NCBI GenBank assembly: GCA_024137785.1
Contig: JAHRHZ010000004.1
Location: forward strand, 11,313,676-11,377,675
Length of the DNA stretch: 64,000 bases
Direction of reading: 5' to 3'
From: Ginglymostoma cirratum
Lineage: Eukaryota
A program made the position numbers and the translations under genes. Under the pieces are notes generated by a model that worked only from the letters and a program-made list of their open reading frames with translations, searched no databases and was not told the DNA's origin. Positions 48,431-62,193 of this stretch are shown in pieces; within the stretch, counting starts at the first letter, position 1; every line of letters starts with the position of its first letter.

Positions 48431-50089
48431 AATGAATGTCTCTTCATAATTTAGAAATTATGGTCTGATCAGCACTGCATCATCTGCTGCATAAGGAAGG
48501 GATATGTTGTGTCATCCACTTAGCAACAGCAAATACAACCTGTGAGCTGGCACCATACAAGTGAGACTGAGGTCTGCTCCATTTCTGTAATAAGAAGAAC
48601 CCCAGACAGTTTTACTAGTGTCTTTCATGGATGAGAACTTGTTATCTCTTTCCAGTTTCACCTTCATGTGACTCACAGTCCACCATTTGTATATGGTTCA
48701 GTGCCCTCTAAGTGATTATAAATACATACTCTGCCAGCATTATCCAAGTTTAAAGATTAAAATTTTTATCAACTGCCCATCTTGTTCAAATAACTACAAT
48801 AGTAGCCCTTCAAGTTTGAATGTCTCACAGGGTTCAGTTGGTAACTCCACAAATTAATACAGCAGTGGGCTCCATTGAATGTGTCACAAGTACTAAGCAC
48901 AGTCTTGACTCACCTAAGGCACTTGCAACCAGCTGTGATGACATTGTACTTGGTCGAGCAATGTTCAACCAGTGGTCTTCTTGATCATTGTGTCATGCCT
49001 TGCAGCTAGAACGAATGTGTGTGTGGATGTTGTGCAATGACAAAATTGACCTTGGCTGTGATATCGCCATCAGCCCACATTCAAAAGGTCTGTCAACATC
49101 CTACCGTTTCATGCTCCCAATGGCTGCCAGTATCATTTTGAGGAAGAATGTCAAAAATGTCTTAGAAGCTGAAAATGGACTCTCCTCAGTTTTGTACTGA
49201 CGAGGGTTAACTCTTTAATATCCGACCTTCCTGGATGAATTCAGTTCAATATTAAATCACTGCAAGTCTGTTGCACAGCAAAGACAAATATGTTTTGTAA
49301 TTTACAATGTTTGCATTGCTTGTTAATTCTATCTACTACTGTATTGTGGATTGTTTTTAATATAGATTGGCAAGTACTTTCAAGTGGCCTGAAAATGCCC
49401 CAAATTCATTCTCTTAGGTCTCTTGGAATTGTGAAAAGATACTTGCACTGTGAAACTTAAACCTAGATCACAGACAGCAGAAACCCTTTGCCCGATATGT
49501 TTGGTTGATGGAAGGATATGTTGGAGAATTGCCCCTGATGAATTTCTCCTGAATTTGAAATATGTTTTTGGGCAACATGCAGCACTATAACATGCTGTCA
49601 CACAGACTGTTAGAAAAAGTGTCAAGATGGAACCTTAACTTATTCTGGAGGACTATCTTACACATTCTAACAGCTGGTTGTATTACAGAAAAGTGGGAGT
49701 CTGTGCTATCTCGCCACTCCCCTACCCACAGCTTCTTCCTCCAACTGAATAACAATATGTGAAAGGTTTGAAAAATAAATGCATTTAACTTTTCATTTTC
49801 ATTCTAATGTTGACAAAGTAGAAAGTTAATGTGACATTCATTGTAATAAGACATCACATATCCTTAGACTATCCACTTAAACAGGTAAAACCATATCTTC
49901 TGGCCCCATAATGGTCTTGGTTAAATATGAAAAAAGAGCTGATCTCAAAAGGAGAGATAGGAGTAACTGCCCATCAAGGCAACATTTGACTAAGTCATCA
50001 AAGAGTCCTGGCAAGAATCAAGTCAACAAATATCAGGAGGAGAGCTCTTCATTGTTTGGCGACATACCAAGCAGAAAGGTAAATAGTAA

Positions 50090-51010
50090 TTGTTGGAAAC
50101 CAATTACAGTGTGTGCTGGATGAAACCACATTCAGTGGCTTCATCAATGACCTTTCTACCACCTTATAGTCAGAAGTGGGGATTTTCAATACCATCCACA
50201 ACTCCTCAGATACTGAAACACTCCATATCCATATGCAGCAAGACATCCTCAGCTTTAAGGCTTGGGAGGATATGTCGTAAGCAACATTTGTGCCACACAA
50301 GTGCCAGGCAGTGATCACCTCAGACAAGGGAAATTCAACCTTCTCAGCTTGACATTCAATGGCATCACATCATGAATTCTCTGCCAACAATATCCAGGGG
50401 CTAGTCACTGATCAGATACAGTATTTGTACAGTTGGGTCCAGCTTTACTAATGACAAGAGTTGATCAGAAGCTGGATATTCTGATGCAATAATTCACCTG
50501 ATGACTCCACAAAACCTGTTTACTATCTATAAAGGCACACATCTGAAATGGAATGGAATACTACACACTTGCCTGGATGAGTGGAGTTTCAATAATTGTC
50601 AAGAAGGTCAATATCATGCAGCTTACATGGTCAGCAATCACCAGCTTAAACATTCTCTCCTTCCATTTCCAATGCACTGCTGCAGAGGTGTGTATTATGT
50701 ATGAGAAATATAACACCAACATGCCAAGAGTCCATCTACAGTGCCTTCCAAAACAGCCATCTCTACCAGCTGGAAGGACAAGGGTAGCTGATGTATGGGA
50801 TCACTACCCACCTGTCAGTACCTCTCCAACCCACACACTGTCCTCTGTCCTGACCTGGAACTGTATCACTGCTCCTTCAATGTTACTGGAACTCCCTTAT
50901 TAACAGTTCTATGGACTACCCAGGCCAGATGAACTGCAGCAGGTTGAGAAGGTGACTCAGTATGAGCTTCTCAAGGACACTTCAACACGGACAAAAATCG
51001 TTGGCCAAAA
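50090..51010 (+). mobile_element. LINE (CR1/Crack-like) RT C-terminus and 3' region, decayed
   Basis: TFVPHKCQAVITSDK...LTFNGI (~50285-50365) and TPQNLFTIYK; homologous to 6245-6600 (-) and 9395-9900. Confidence 0.8.
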
Positions 51011-53345
51011 ATTTGTATGTGCTGCCTAATGATACAACCACAGTCTCCTGGAACTTGAAAACATTAGTTCCTAGCATTGGAGGATTCGCAACATTCCCTC
51101 CAACTTTTAGTCTATTCTTTTAAGTGCTTTTGAGACCATTATTATTTTTCTTTTGTTTTTTCTCATTTTTGGTTGGAACTGTGAGTTGCAACTGAGAATT
51201 TAACATTGAACAGCAGCAGGTTTCAAAAAGAAAGAGATGTTTGCTGTTGGGATCTGGCCTGGAAAGATGAAGTAAGTCAATTACTGCTCTGAGGACACTG
51301 TAGATGAACTGGCACCCAGATGTCATTATGCTCAGGGACTGGTAGCTGATTGGGTGTTGAATTGATCAATCAAAGGAGGACTGGTGCTGGCCAGCCAATC
51401 ACAGACAGTGTTGAGAAAGAAAAAGAAAAACTAAAGGTGAACTGGCTTTGACTGGGCTTTTGGGCAGGAAGTCAAGTACTGCTTTGGAAGCTTCAGCACT
51501 GGGCCTTTTGGTTTTTCTCTATTTATTCTCCGGTAGTAAAATTGTTCAAAGTCCTGGGAAAGAATCTCACTCTATAAGAAATCAAGAAATGTCTTTGTAG
51601 GTCTACAGAAGATGTCTATTTTGACTGGCGACTTTGGAATTCTTTAAGATACAATTCTAGGTGCCTCTAATACAACCCATCGGATTTCATGAAGGCTTAG
51701 TATTCATCGTGAAATGGCTAATGAACTGGCAACTTCTGATTTTGTTTTTATTTATTGCTTAACTATGTCTGTCAGTGTGTAAGTAGGGGCCGGTAAGAAG
51801 ATTGGGCTTAGTTTGTAGTTATTTATTAGGTTGCCTTGTTGTTCATCTGTGTTCTGCTAAAGTCACATTATTAATAGTAAATTGTTACTTTTGTTTGAGT
51901 TATGAACTCAAACAAGTCTAAGATATTCTACTTGTAAAGGCTGATTAGGAACAATTGAACAATTTTGAGGGTCATTGAATGGTTAAATTTCACTGTGTTG
52001 TGCATCCAGTGGTAATGAGTCAGATTTGGTCTGGCATTCTGTACCTGTGTCATAACAGTGTGCGAGACCTTTAAATACTTTTGTTTGACCAGATTTGTGC
52101 AGTGAATTAAAGGAGCTGACTTGTGCTTGGCCTATGCATGAATTTCCATGTTTTTGTCCTGCTGCACTGTTTAAAGGGATAAAGAATGGCTCCCATGCAC
52201 ATACAATGTGTCCTTTTGTAACCCAGGCAACAATAAAAAGAATGGTGGATGTAGTGGGCTCAATGTTGGGTTCCCATAATTTAAGAGTACAGCTTCCTTC
52301 AGTGCCTCTTTTGGCATGTTCTATAAGGTCCATTGATGTATTCTTCACTGCCTACTTAAAAGCAGCAACCCTGACAATCCCATTCAATTCTTTCTGTAAG
52401 CTTCCTTTCCAATAAACATGCTAGGTGCTAACGTTACCAATCTCCTTCCTAAATAACTCATCACTTCAAGTACTGACACAGTGAATTCTGTCCCACCATA
52501 TATCTCCCTTCAGCATGTCCATTTCGTAATGGACAAAGATCTTGCCCTCCATGAGGTTATTATGGGTGGTTGCATTGACATCATGGCATTGATTGAAAAT
52601 GGGCTGAAGGGTGATAACGCATTCCTCTGAGATGGAGCCTTCCCATCTGGCTCCACCTCCAACCATTGCTCCACCAGACCATAACAATTTTTCTCATCAC
52701 TAAATCAGACCTTTTTCACTATTTGTGACACCTTCTCTTCCTTTGAGCATCTTGATATACGTCACCTCTCATTTGAAAACTTTAATCCATCCAAGTACCA
52801 TGACAGCTTTCTTGGTGATATCATCACGACTTTCTGTTGTGTATTGCATTGAGAAGAAACGTACCATGTGGATTTCCTGTAAGCACTCATTATTGATCTA
52901 ACTTTACTGTACACATTCCTGACAGAAACAGAGAGGGCAGCGAAGAGGCCACTATGATATACCACACTCCCTCCCCACTTAAGCAACTTAAACATGAAAA
53001 TACAAAATGACATGTGCATAAATTTGCAGAATAAAATATGAATGAACCAACATCAGCAATATCTTAAATTTAAAGGTTAGGTTGCAAATTTAGTATTACT
53101 GTATCACAACTAAAGTATATATGATCAATATTACCAGAATAACTTGCATGTGAAAAATATTTGTTTAACTTTAGTTTGTGTTTAACAAAATATCATAACG
53201 TGATTAAAAAAATGAAAAGAAGTATGTTTTCATGTTTTCTTCCCACATACTTTCATTTAAATAATCTAACTCTTTCAGTCTGGGTACCTTCTTTCAATTC
53301 CAGCTCCATTAGCTTGATTGCTCTCTCAACATTGTAAAAGATTAA

Positions 53346-53577
53346 CAAAAACAGAAGTTGCTGGAAAAGCTCAGCAGGCCTGGCAGCATCTGTGAAGAAA
53401 AATCAGAGTTAATGTTTTGGACCCTGTGAGAAAGGGTCTGTTCTGAAGATAGGTCACTGGACCTGAAACATTAACTCTGATTTTTCTTCGCAGACGCTGC
53501 CAGACCAGTTGAGATTTTCCAGCAACTTCTGTTTTTCGTCCTGATTTCCAGCATTCGCAGCTCTTTCATTTTTTTTG
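53346..53577. mobile_element. Palindromic Penelope-derived mini-element nested in the Gypsy remnant
   Basis: Inverted arms ~53346-53420 and ~53460-53537. GTT-CTGAAGA-T-AGGTC-ACTG-GACCT-GAAA-CATT-AAC lies at 53440-53475, with the tail on the right. Possible 14-bp TSD TTGTAAAAgaTTAA (53332-53345) / TTGTAAAAttTTAA (53578-53591). Confidence 0.88.
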
Positions 53578-53911
53578 TTGTAAAATTTTAATTTTGTTTT
53601 GGACTATCAATTCTAGTTAATGGTTGAAACTCTGATATTAATTGAACTGTCTTAACTGAAGACCATGGCTCATGTTGCTCTACCAGTGAATTTTATCATA
53701 TTAGCAAACTTCAGTTTCTTTGTGATGATCATTTTCTTTTTGACTTTCAGTTCAAGTGTACGAGCTCAGATTACAGGGTTTTTCATGCTCTCTCTTTGTC
53801 AAAATACTGCTTTTAAAAAATCATTCACATGATACAAATAGAGTTTTTTTCAAATCATCACTAAGTTTGTGAACACAACTAGTTTCTTTACAATAGCACT
53901 AGGTCAGACTC

Positions 53912-53980
53912 GCATGTCTGGTTGGCACGGATGAGTTGGATCAAAGGGTCTGTTTCCGTGTTGTATGACTTTATGACTCG
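53912..53980 (+). mobile_element. CR1/HE1 3' tail fragment
   Basis: tggttggcacggatgagttggatcaaagggtctgtttccgtgttgtatgactttatgactc, similar to 9015-9070. Confidence 0.75.
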
Positions 53981-55164
53981 TTTAACAATTCAAAAAAAAA
54001 CCTCTCCTTATTACAATGTTTTCTGGCCACGGACCATGACCAGCAATGAACTCTTTATGTTTGAGAATCATGAATGATGGCTTCCCATTGTCTTGCTTTT
54101 CTCTTACTTTGTAATTGAGGTCCAGCTTAAATAAACTAAATCTAGTCTTAGGAGCATGTTTAAACTCCAAATTATAAGTTGAGAAACTTGGTGTATACTC
54201 TTAAGTTATCCTTTAAGAAAACACAAAAAAAGTCTATCGGATAGAACTTGGAAATTATTGCCTAGCTTGTCAATTAGCTATTATTTCTGTGTAGATCTTT
54301 TCACAATGATTTCTTTCTGTAGCATCATTTGATGTTAGGTGATGTGATGATACAGGAGTGCATTTGATTCATTCTTACTCAGAAAAATGTCAAATTCTTC
54401 TGACATAAACTGTAGACTATTAATAGACACCAACATCTCTAGAAGTACATAAATTGCAAACTGACTCTCAAAACCAGAAAAAATTTTGGCACTTGTGGCA
54501 TTGGGCATAGATTCAATGTTTATCCATTTGTTATAGTTAGCGACTAAAATAAGATATTTTTTCCTTTCCACTTCAGAGGAATCGACGTGCAGTCATTGCT
54601 ATGGTTTCTTTTCTGTTTGACCATGGAATGAAAGAAACCTTGGGTAGATCACTTCTCATTTTGAGACATGCTTCACAACCCTTCACCGTCATTTTACTTC
54701 CTACTTCTAACTTTGACACTGCCTGGCCTCCCAAAATTTCAATGGGTCAAATCTTGACTCAATCTTTTGATCCACTTGTCCTGCTTGCTAAAAGATGACT
54801 TTGTGCACTCTTAGCACTTTCTAAATGTCACATGTCTGATGCCTGCTGTAACTAGCTCAGCCTAGCTTAAGTGCTCATTATTGGTCTAACTTCTTACCGT
54901 CAGACTCTCTGTTCCTCCTACTATTGATGACAAGAAATGGAATGCATAATCAGTTCCACCCTGATACTAACTTGATCAATCACTGGAATACTATTATTGG
55001 AATAATTTACTAGTTTCTTAATAGACCACACACACACACACACACCTCTCAATCTTATATCTGTGCCGTCACTAAGGTAACCTTGTTCTATCTCCATATC
55101 ATGACTAACTCTATTCATGGTTCAGGGCATCTGTTGCGAATTACTCATTCATGTCTTTCTTACA

Positions 55165-56430
55165 TTGAGGCTTGGCTATTGCAATGCAGTCCTAAATAAC
55201 CTTCCATGTTCTACCCATCATGAACATCAAAGCGACCAAAACACTGCTGCCCCTACCCTAACTCATATCTAGTTCTTTTGCACTCAACACCTTCCTGCTC
55301 ACTGAACTACACTGGCTCCCAGCTAAGCAATACATCAATTTTGAAATTTTCATCCTTGTTTTCAAATCCCTCTATAGCCTCACCCATCCCATCTCACTGT
55401 AATCTCCTCCAGCCCTATAACACTCCAAGATTTCTACACTTTCAGTTCTGATGCCTCAAGCGTCCCCAGTTATAACTGTTACCCCTTCGGTGGTCATGTC
55501 CTTAGCTGCTAGGGCCCAAAGCTTTGCAATTCCTTCTCCAAACCTTTCCACATTGCCTAGCTCCCTTTCCTCCTCTAAGATGTTCCTTTTTTGAAAAACT
55601 ACTTATTTGGGTCAGAGATAAAAGGTACTGCAGATGCTGGAGAATCCGAGAAAGCAAGTTGTGGGGCTGGATGAACACAGCAGGCCAAGCAGCATCATAG
55701 GAGCAGGNNNNNNNNNNNNNNNNNNNNNNNNNNNNNNNNNNNNNNNNNNNNNNNNNNNNNNNNNNNNNNNNNNNNNNNNNNNNNNNNNNNNNNNNNNNNN
55801 NNNNNNNNNNNNNNNNNNNNNNNNNNNNNNNNNNNNNNNNNNNNNNNNNNNNNNNNNNNNNNNNNNNNNNNNNNNNNNNNNNNNNNNNNNNNNNNNNNNN
55901 NNNNNNNNNNNNNNNNNNNNNNNNNNNNNNNNNNNNNNNNNNNNNNNNNNNNNNNNNNNNNNNNNNNNNNNNNNNNNNNNNNNNNNNNNNNNNNNNNNNN
56001 NNNNNNNNNNNNNNNNNNNNNNNNNNNNNNNNNNNNNNNNNNNNNNNNNNNNNNNNNNNNNNNNNNNNNNNNNNNNNNNNNNNNNNNNNNNNNNNNNNNN
56101 NNNNNNNGAAAATGAGGTGTTGTTCTTCCAGCTTGCATTGAGCTTCACTGGAATGCTGCAACAAGACAGAGACAGAGATGTTGGCCAGGGAATGGGGTGG
56201 TGTGTTAAAGTGGCAGGTTTCCTGCTCCTATGATGCTGCTTGGCCTGCTGTGTTCATCCAGCCCCACAACTTGTTATCTCTAACTAATTATTTGGCCCTG
56301 CTTTTAGCTATCTGCACTACTATCTTGTTGTGTTTTTTTTAATATTTTGTTTGAGAACGCAATTGTGAAGTGCCTCAGGATGTTTTATTATGTTAATGGG
56401 TCTAAATAAATGCAAATTGTTTTTGTTATT
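55165..56430 (+). mobile_element. L2-type LINE 3' fragment interrupted by a Penelope derivative
   Basis: RLGYCNAVL...LTELHWLPAKQYINFEIFILVFKSLYSLTHP (L2 ORF2 C-terminus). The tail gtgaagtgcctcaggatgttttattatgttaatgggtctaaataaatgcaaattgtt resumes after 56296. Confidence 0.85.
55611..56281. mobile_element. Young Penelope derivative with inverted arms, EN remnant and 14-bp TSD (gap inside)
   Basis: Tail plus arm at 55615-55707 and inverted arm at 56218-56280. Minus strand LQHSSEAQCKLEEQHLIF (EN C-terminus) at 56108-56164. TSD AACTACTTATTTGG (55597-55610) / AACTAATTATTTGG (56282-56295). Confidence 0.9.
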
Positions 56431-57282
56431 TTCCGGTCTTGACAAAGGGAAGACTAAACGTAATGCACAAAATTTCTTTTATTAATATTAATTTTGAAAG
56501 GATACTTGTATTAAAAGTGACACAGATTGCTTTCTGAATGCAACTTGTGACGCTCACTTCACACCCGCAGATCAGAAAAGAATTTTTCTTAGAACAACTG
56601 AACTTTGTCGTTTTTTTTTGAAAGCTAAGTTTCCTTGGAGGGCTCTGCAGTGCTGTGAAAGGCTGTCGTCAGCATTGAATCATCTCTGCTAATTGCAAGG
56701 GATGACTGTTCAGGGTCAGCTCTACAGCACCACCTGGACCTACTCTGTTAGCAGCCTTTGATAATGAATCACTCTTACCGTTCCTGAAGCTTTGCTTGGC
56801 TGGCAGGAGTTTTAAATTGCTTCCACCTCTGCCACACTATCCTGATACAAACAGACCAGAGGCTAAAGTAGGTATTACCAGTCCATTACCGACAGCCTAA
56901 ACTCTGAATGGTCTATAGGGAATTCCCTGTATTAGACAGAATATTACATTGTGAGAAAAGGATCCTGATGTAGGGATGTAGTCTCACTCTCTCTCTGAGA
57001 TTGTCCATAATGCTCAATTGTATGCTTTACATTAACCTCTTTGACTGTCAGAATTGTAACGTTTTTGCCATTATGAGATACTAACCTGAGCTTAGCGCCT
57101 CTCTCAAGGTATCTGTAGGCAGTAGTAATGCTCCTTTCAAATATTAAATGATATTTAAACAGATTTTAATATTAAAGTGATAAACTTCAAATCTGTGTAA
57201 TGTTTCTTCTATGATGTCTGAACTTTGCATAAATGCTTTTTAATGGAAAATTTTATTCACCTTCCTACCTGTGATTTCTTTT

Positions 57283-57580
57283 TTATTCATTCACAAGATG
57301 TAATTGCCCAGTTAAGAGTCGGCCATATTGATAGGGGTCCAGAACGATATATAGGCCAGACCAGGTACGGTTGGCAGCTTTCTTCCTGAAAAGACATTAG
57401 CAAACCAGATGGGTTTTTCTGACAATCAGCAATGGATCTAGGGTCGTTGTTAGACTCTTAATTGCAGATTTTTATTGAATGTAACTACCACCATCTGCCA
57501 TGTGCGATTTGAACCCCAGTTGCAAGAATATTTCCTGGGTCTCTATACTACTGTGACAATACCAATCAGCCATCACCTTC
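57283..57580 (-). mobile_element. Shark SINE (7090 family)
   Basis: ttattcattcac...gttaagagtc...ggccagaccaggta...ccagatgggtttttctgacaatc. Confidence 0.8.
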
Positions 57581-60500
57581 CCATAGGAGCTTCTCTTTTA
57601 TCCCCTTGGCCCCACTCAGGGCAACATCTGTCCCCATCCCACAAATTGTCATCTCTTTGCTCCTCTTGCTAGAAAGAAGACTTTCAACTTGCAGTTGCTG
57701 TGTGTGTGTTTAGAATCCTTAAATTGGCTTGCAGGCATTGTGCTTTCTCAGAATCAGAGTGAGGTTTTGGATTTATTGGTGTGGAATTCCATTGTAAATA
57801 AAAGCCACATATTGATTCCTGTGATTTAGGTGCTGCCAAAGGAAAAGCTAAATTTACTGACTAAAGTTTCCTTTTACATGTACATTGTCTTCCTGCCCTT
57901 CAACCTGGGTTCCAATGCAAAATACAGATACTTCGCTTTGCTCTTTCTCCTCGCTATTTTTCTTTTATCCTCTCCTTTTCTTCCATGCATGCTCTTTTCT
58001 CTATTGCACTCTTAATCCCTTTTGCTTTCTCTCACACTTTTCTAATCTGTTGGCAGTCCAAATCAAATAATTGCAAACTAACTCGTAGCTTTAGGTTTCA
58101 TCTTCATAGCTAAATTGGATTTCCTTGTTGTTTGTTAATTAAAACATTCAGTCAAGTCTTGCAGAGCAAGGATTAAGTCAGAAATTCACTTTCCACATGG
58201 GTGCAGTATGAGGCTAGAACTGAGTTATGTTGGTAGACTAGCACAGAGGAGTTTTGCACTTCACCTGTGCTGCACATTCCCAAATATGTCTGAGGCAGCT
58301 TTACTCCACATTAACCCAACTTGCGGTATATTAGGAGATAATATGGGACAGTGTTAGTTTTTAACTGAGCTACTGTGAATTTTTCTAATGAACCCATGAT
58401 GCCAGTTTGTCAATTTTGTCCAAGAAAGGATAGTTATTTGCATAAGCAGCAAACAACAGGAATCAAGCAACCTCTCTCGAATTCTCAGAGGACTTTCATT
58501 GGCAATCTTAAGGATACAGAGATATTGCTGTCAAATGAATCTTTTCCCTTGCTTTATTTTCTTTTCCACCTTCCGAAATGTGGAATAGCTACCATAAAGA
58601 AGCACACAAAAATGCATCAGCTGGTACAATGGAGATTTTTTTTCTTCTTATTGCTAAAACTTCATTAATGCCATCCAAGAAAGAAACCTTTTACTTCTGA
58701 CTTACTTTTGACTCCAATCCAACATTACATTGTTGAATGAATGTTTTCTGAGCAGGTGGGAGATGAAATGATCTCCCCATTGAGTAAACAGGTAGGCTAC
58801 AGGCTTCCTTCAAATATCTAATGCTTCAATAATGGCTATTCCAGCAATTTGTTCCACATGTATTAGAAAAGAAAGCATGAGTTCCCTGGTTTGGAGGACT
58901 TTCTCTGATGTTTGTGTGCATCTTGGAAATTGATCAGTGCATAATTAATCAGACAGAAGCTGTAAGTTGCATTGATATTGGACTTCAGTGCTCCTCCTGT
59001 ACAGCCTAGCTTGAACCTTCTCTCTCAGATAATGTTTATAAACAAGCCCTGTAGGTTTAATAGGATGTTATGACCGGCTATACATTCTTAAAGCAACATT
59101 AGCAAAATGGTGGATCCAAAACAGCTGAGACTCCAACACGGAAAACTCTTTCCAGGCTTCTAATATTAGCCAGAAGTGACAATTGGAGAAGCACAAGGAT
59201 TTGCATTACGAAACTCTAACACAAAGTCCCAGTATGTAGCGTTTATTTGAAAGTCAGTGATACAAATAATTCTACACTCACACAGCCTATGAATATGGGC
59301 TGGTAAGGTTTGCACTTGGTTGTCCTTTTGCAAGTGTGAAGAATTTTTAAAAGCGCATCATGTGGCCTGACTGAAATATAGGTCAGTTTTTAATGTTGAC
59401 TATGTTTATTGGCTGGTAATCAACCGTGTGGAAGAGAGCAGCGATATTATGGTGCTTCAAAGCAGATCTTTAATTCATCATTACTGTATTAAAGTTACTT
59501 CTGTGACCTACTACTGCCACATTCATTGAGAGGAAGTGGGGTTTCAATATCATAGTTGATAAAGTGAATTGGCTGGACCCAAGATTCCTGAATTTCACTG
59601 AACTACCCACCATCTAAAGTAACTTTGTTTTTAATGTTCTACAAATGTTAACTTTCTTAATCAAGTGTAAGGAGTTGCTTAAAATTGTTTACTTTGTGTT
59701 TATAATTCTGGTTTCCTGCTTCAGTGGAAAGAGAAAATGTATTCCATTTGAGTTAACAGTATTGCCTAAAGCAGCCAGGTCTCATCAGTGCCAGCTTCTG
59801 CCCATTCTAATTAGAGGAGTTCCATTTATCATCAGTTTGTAAAATGTCCTTCAAATTGTATGCAATCCACATTTAGTGCTAAATGTGTTTTCTTTCCTAT
59901 CTCCTACATTTTCTTAAGAGTCTTGAATTATGCAGGAGACAGGTTTTAAGTTGAACAATAGTCAATACTCACCAACTAGTCCGCCTTATCCTAGGATACC
60001 ATCCAGGAAAATATACTCTAAAATGAGCCAATGCCTTCAGAAGAAAGACAGAAATTTGCTCTGGCAAATTAGATGAGCTTACATTTTTGTTTGAGTGATT
60101 ACATCTCACAATTATTGTGTGTAATTGTATCCTATGCTGAATTATAACATATTTCCATCAGTTTGGAACACTTGTTAATTTGCACCATCCCAATGATCCA
60201 GATGTGAGATGGTCCTTCTGCAACATATTAATTGACCATGACGTGCTAAAAATTCAACAAATGTTTTATGTACATCTTTTTCTCCTTTGCGCCTACACAG
60301 CATTTACTTGGATACACAAAGCTTGTGCTGACAATGATTAGGGGAATCAGAATGAAGTAGGTTTTTTTTACAAAGAGCTCTGTTTGAGGTGAAAGGCTTA
60401 CACATCTGAGTTAACTTTACTGAAATAACACCAGATGTTTATCTTCTATTGCATGGCAACATTACTAACACCAGTTGCTCGTTCAACTTCATAGGCAGCC

Positions 60501-62193
60501 TATTTGTAGTACATCTCCTCTTTGCTTCTTTCTCCATGATGATTCTCTCCACTTCCCCTCCTCCCAGTGCCTTTTCTAATATAGCTCAGTGAACAACGTA
60601 ATTCAGTGGAGTATATGACAATAAATGAAATTTGCATCCTACACTCCAAAGACTACCTTTTGCCCATTGCTCTACTTTTCACTTTCCAGAGGTATTTAAC
60701 TTCACCCAGTGACTCGGTGAGTAAATGCACCAATCAATGCAATGATTAAGGAGACCAGGGAGGTTTTGGCATCAATCTAAAGTCTGTACTGGTTTACCTG
60801 ATCTCATTGATGACTCTGAGGCACTATAATTAGCCTTAATGTTTCTGGTTTAGGGGTTGGCTTAACACCGTTGAGTAGGGAACAAGATACTTGGCCTTTC
60901 ATCTAATCTATGCTTCACAAGTAACATTTACAATGCACTCCACACAGAAATGGGGAGAAAAAAAGAATACTAAACCTTGAAAAAAAATGAATATCAAAAA
61001 CTTAGATGAAAACCTTTTTTAGCAAGCACTTATGGGTAGAGGGAGATAGGAATACAAAATAGCTTTGGAAGAGCCAGAGGAGGCAGCAATATGGTAGCTC
61101 AACACTTGGCCTCAATGACTGAGCAGAGAATGGGGAAGTGAGCAATGATCCTGAGAGAGAAATCAAGGGTGTAATGACAAAAGAGAAGATGTCCCAGAGC
61201 AGAGCATGGGAAAATTGATAATGGCAATGGATGATCTTGAAAACGGTTTACTGGAGATTGCCAATGTTCAGGGTGATCAATATTGGAGATCTTGGGCTGA
61301 ATTTCCAACCCAGGCCAATTAACAGGAATGGGGATTGTTTCTGGGTCAAATTCACTTGGGAGAAATCGTGATCTGGAATAATGACCAGGGAATTATCTAT
61401 TTGGCAAGAAAGTACGTTAATTGTCCAAATAAGGGAAGCATGTCAGCTCTCAAGACTGGAGGAGCAATCAGAGACTTTCCAAGGAGCACTCAACTGAAGT
61501 GCAACATAGGAAATTGGAAATGTGCTTCATTAAGAAGGTACCTATTTAACCATCTTTTAAAAAACTACAGATTGGAAACAATGTGGAATAGGTGGGCATT
61601 GGCATGGATTGCAATGATGGGTGGTGACGTTGCTGGTAGAGTTGTGAGGAAGAAGTTACTGGGGGAGGAAGGACAGTGAGGAGGCTGCCTTTATACAGGG
61701 TGGCTTTTGCTTGCACCCCAATATCCAAAGAGGACTACCTGGTGTTGAAAATGCAGCTACCATGCAAAGCCCATTACAAGGTGGTTGGTCTGCACCAACT
61801 AGCCCCCACCCCCCGTCTTGTTGGGAAACTATTGGAAAATCTAAGCTGGCTTCCTTTAATGACTGACGTTAGGAACTAGCTTGGGAAGCTGGACCATCCG
61901 TTGGCAGGCAACATTTGGGTTCCATCTTCCTCTATTCCTAATGTAAATGGAACCTGAAAAGTCAGCCCCTTAAGTAGGAGGGGCAAAATGTGACAGTATC
62001 TTGGATTAGTTGAGTTTGGAAAATGGATATCTAAGGCTGAGATATTCGTGGCTTGGATGCCAAAAATAGAGGGCAAGATGTAATCAAATCAACCATGATC
62101 TTATTGAACAGCGGAGCAGGCTGAAGGGGTGAAGTGGACTACTGCTTTTCATATAATTGTTCAGGCCTGAAATCAATCCAATTTTATCTAAGA

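Larger units (their letters stand above)
53230..54900 (-). mobile_element. Decayed Gypsy element, integrase region
   Basis: 54335-54571 YLILVANYNKWINIESMPNATSAKIFSGFESQFAIYVLLEMLVSINSLQFMSEEFDIFLSKN is an rve core (decayed LVSDNGPQF). Downstream GHGPWPENIVIRRG resembles the post-integrase region. Confidence 0.8.

Noticed and set aside
51320-52700. Overlapping ~100-120 aa ORFs and an LTR-like segment
   Set aside because: No recognisable protein motif; probably decayed repeat, but I could not assign a family
53346-53577. Hairpin elements as pre-miRNAs or DNA-transposon MITEs
   Set aside because: They are multi-copy, contiguous with Penelope EN/3'UTR sequence elsewhere, have asymmetric tails and long TSDs, so they are better explained as PLE derivatives
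55502-56233. Long ORFs containing X runs (also 15093-15471)
   Set aside because: Artefacts of N gaps inside repeats
61612-61650. GGDVAG resembling the start of PRDM16 exon 2 (SDGDVV)
   Set aside because: No polypyrimidine/AG acceptor in the right phase, and the following sequence does not resemble PRDM16
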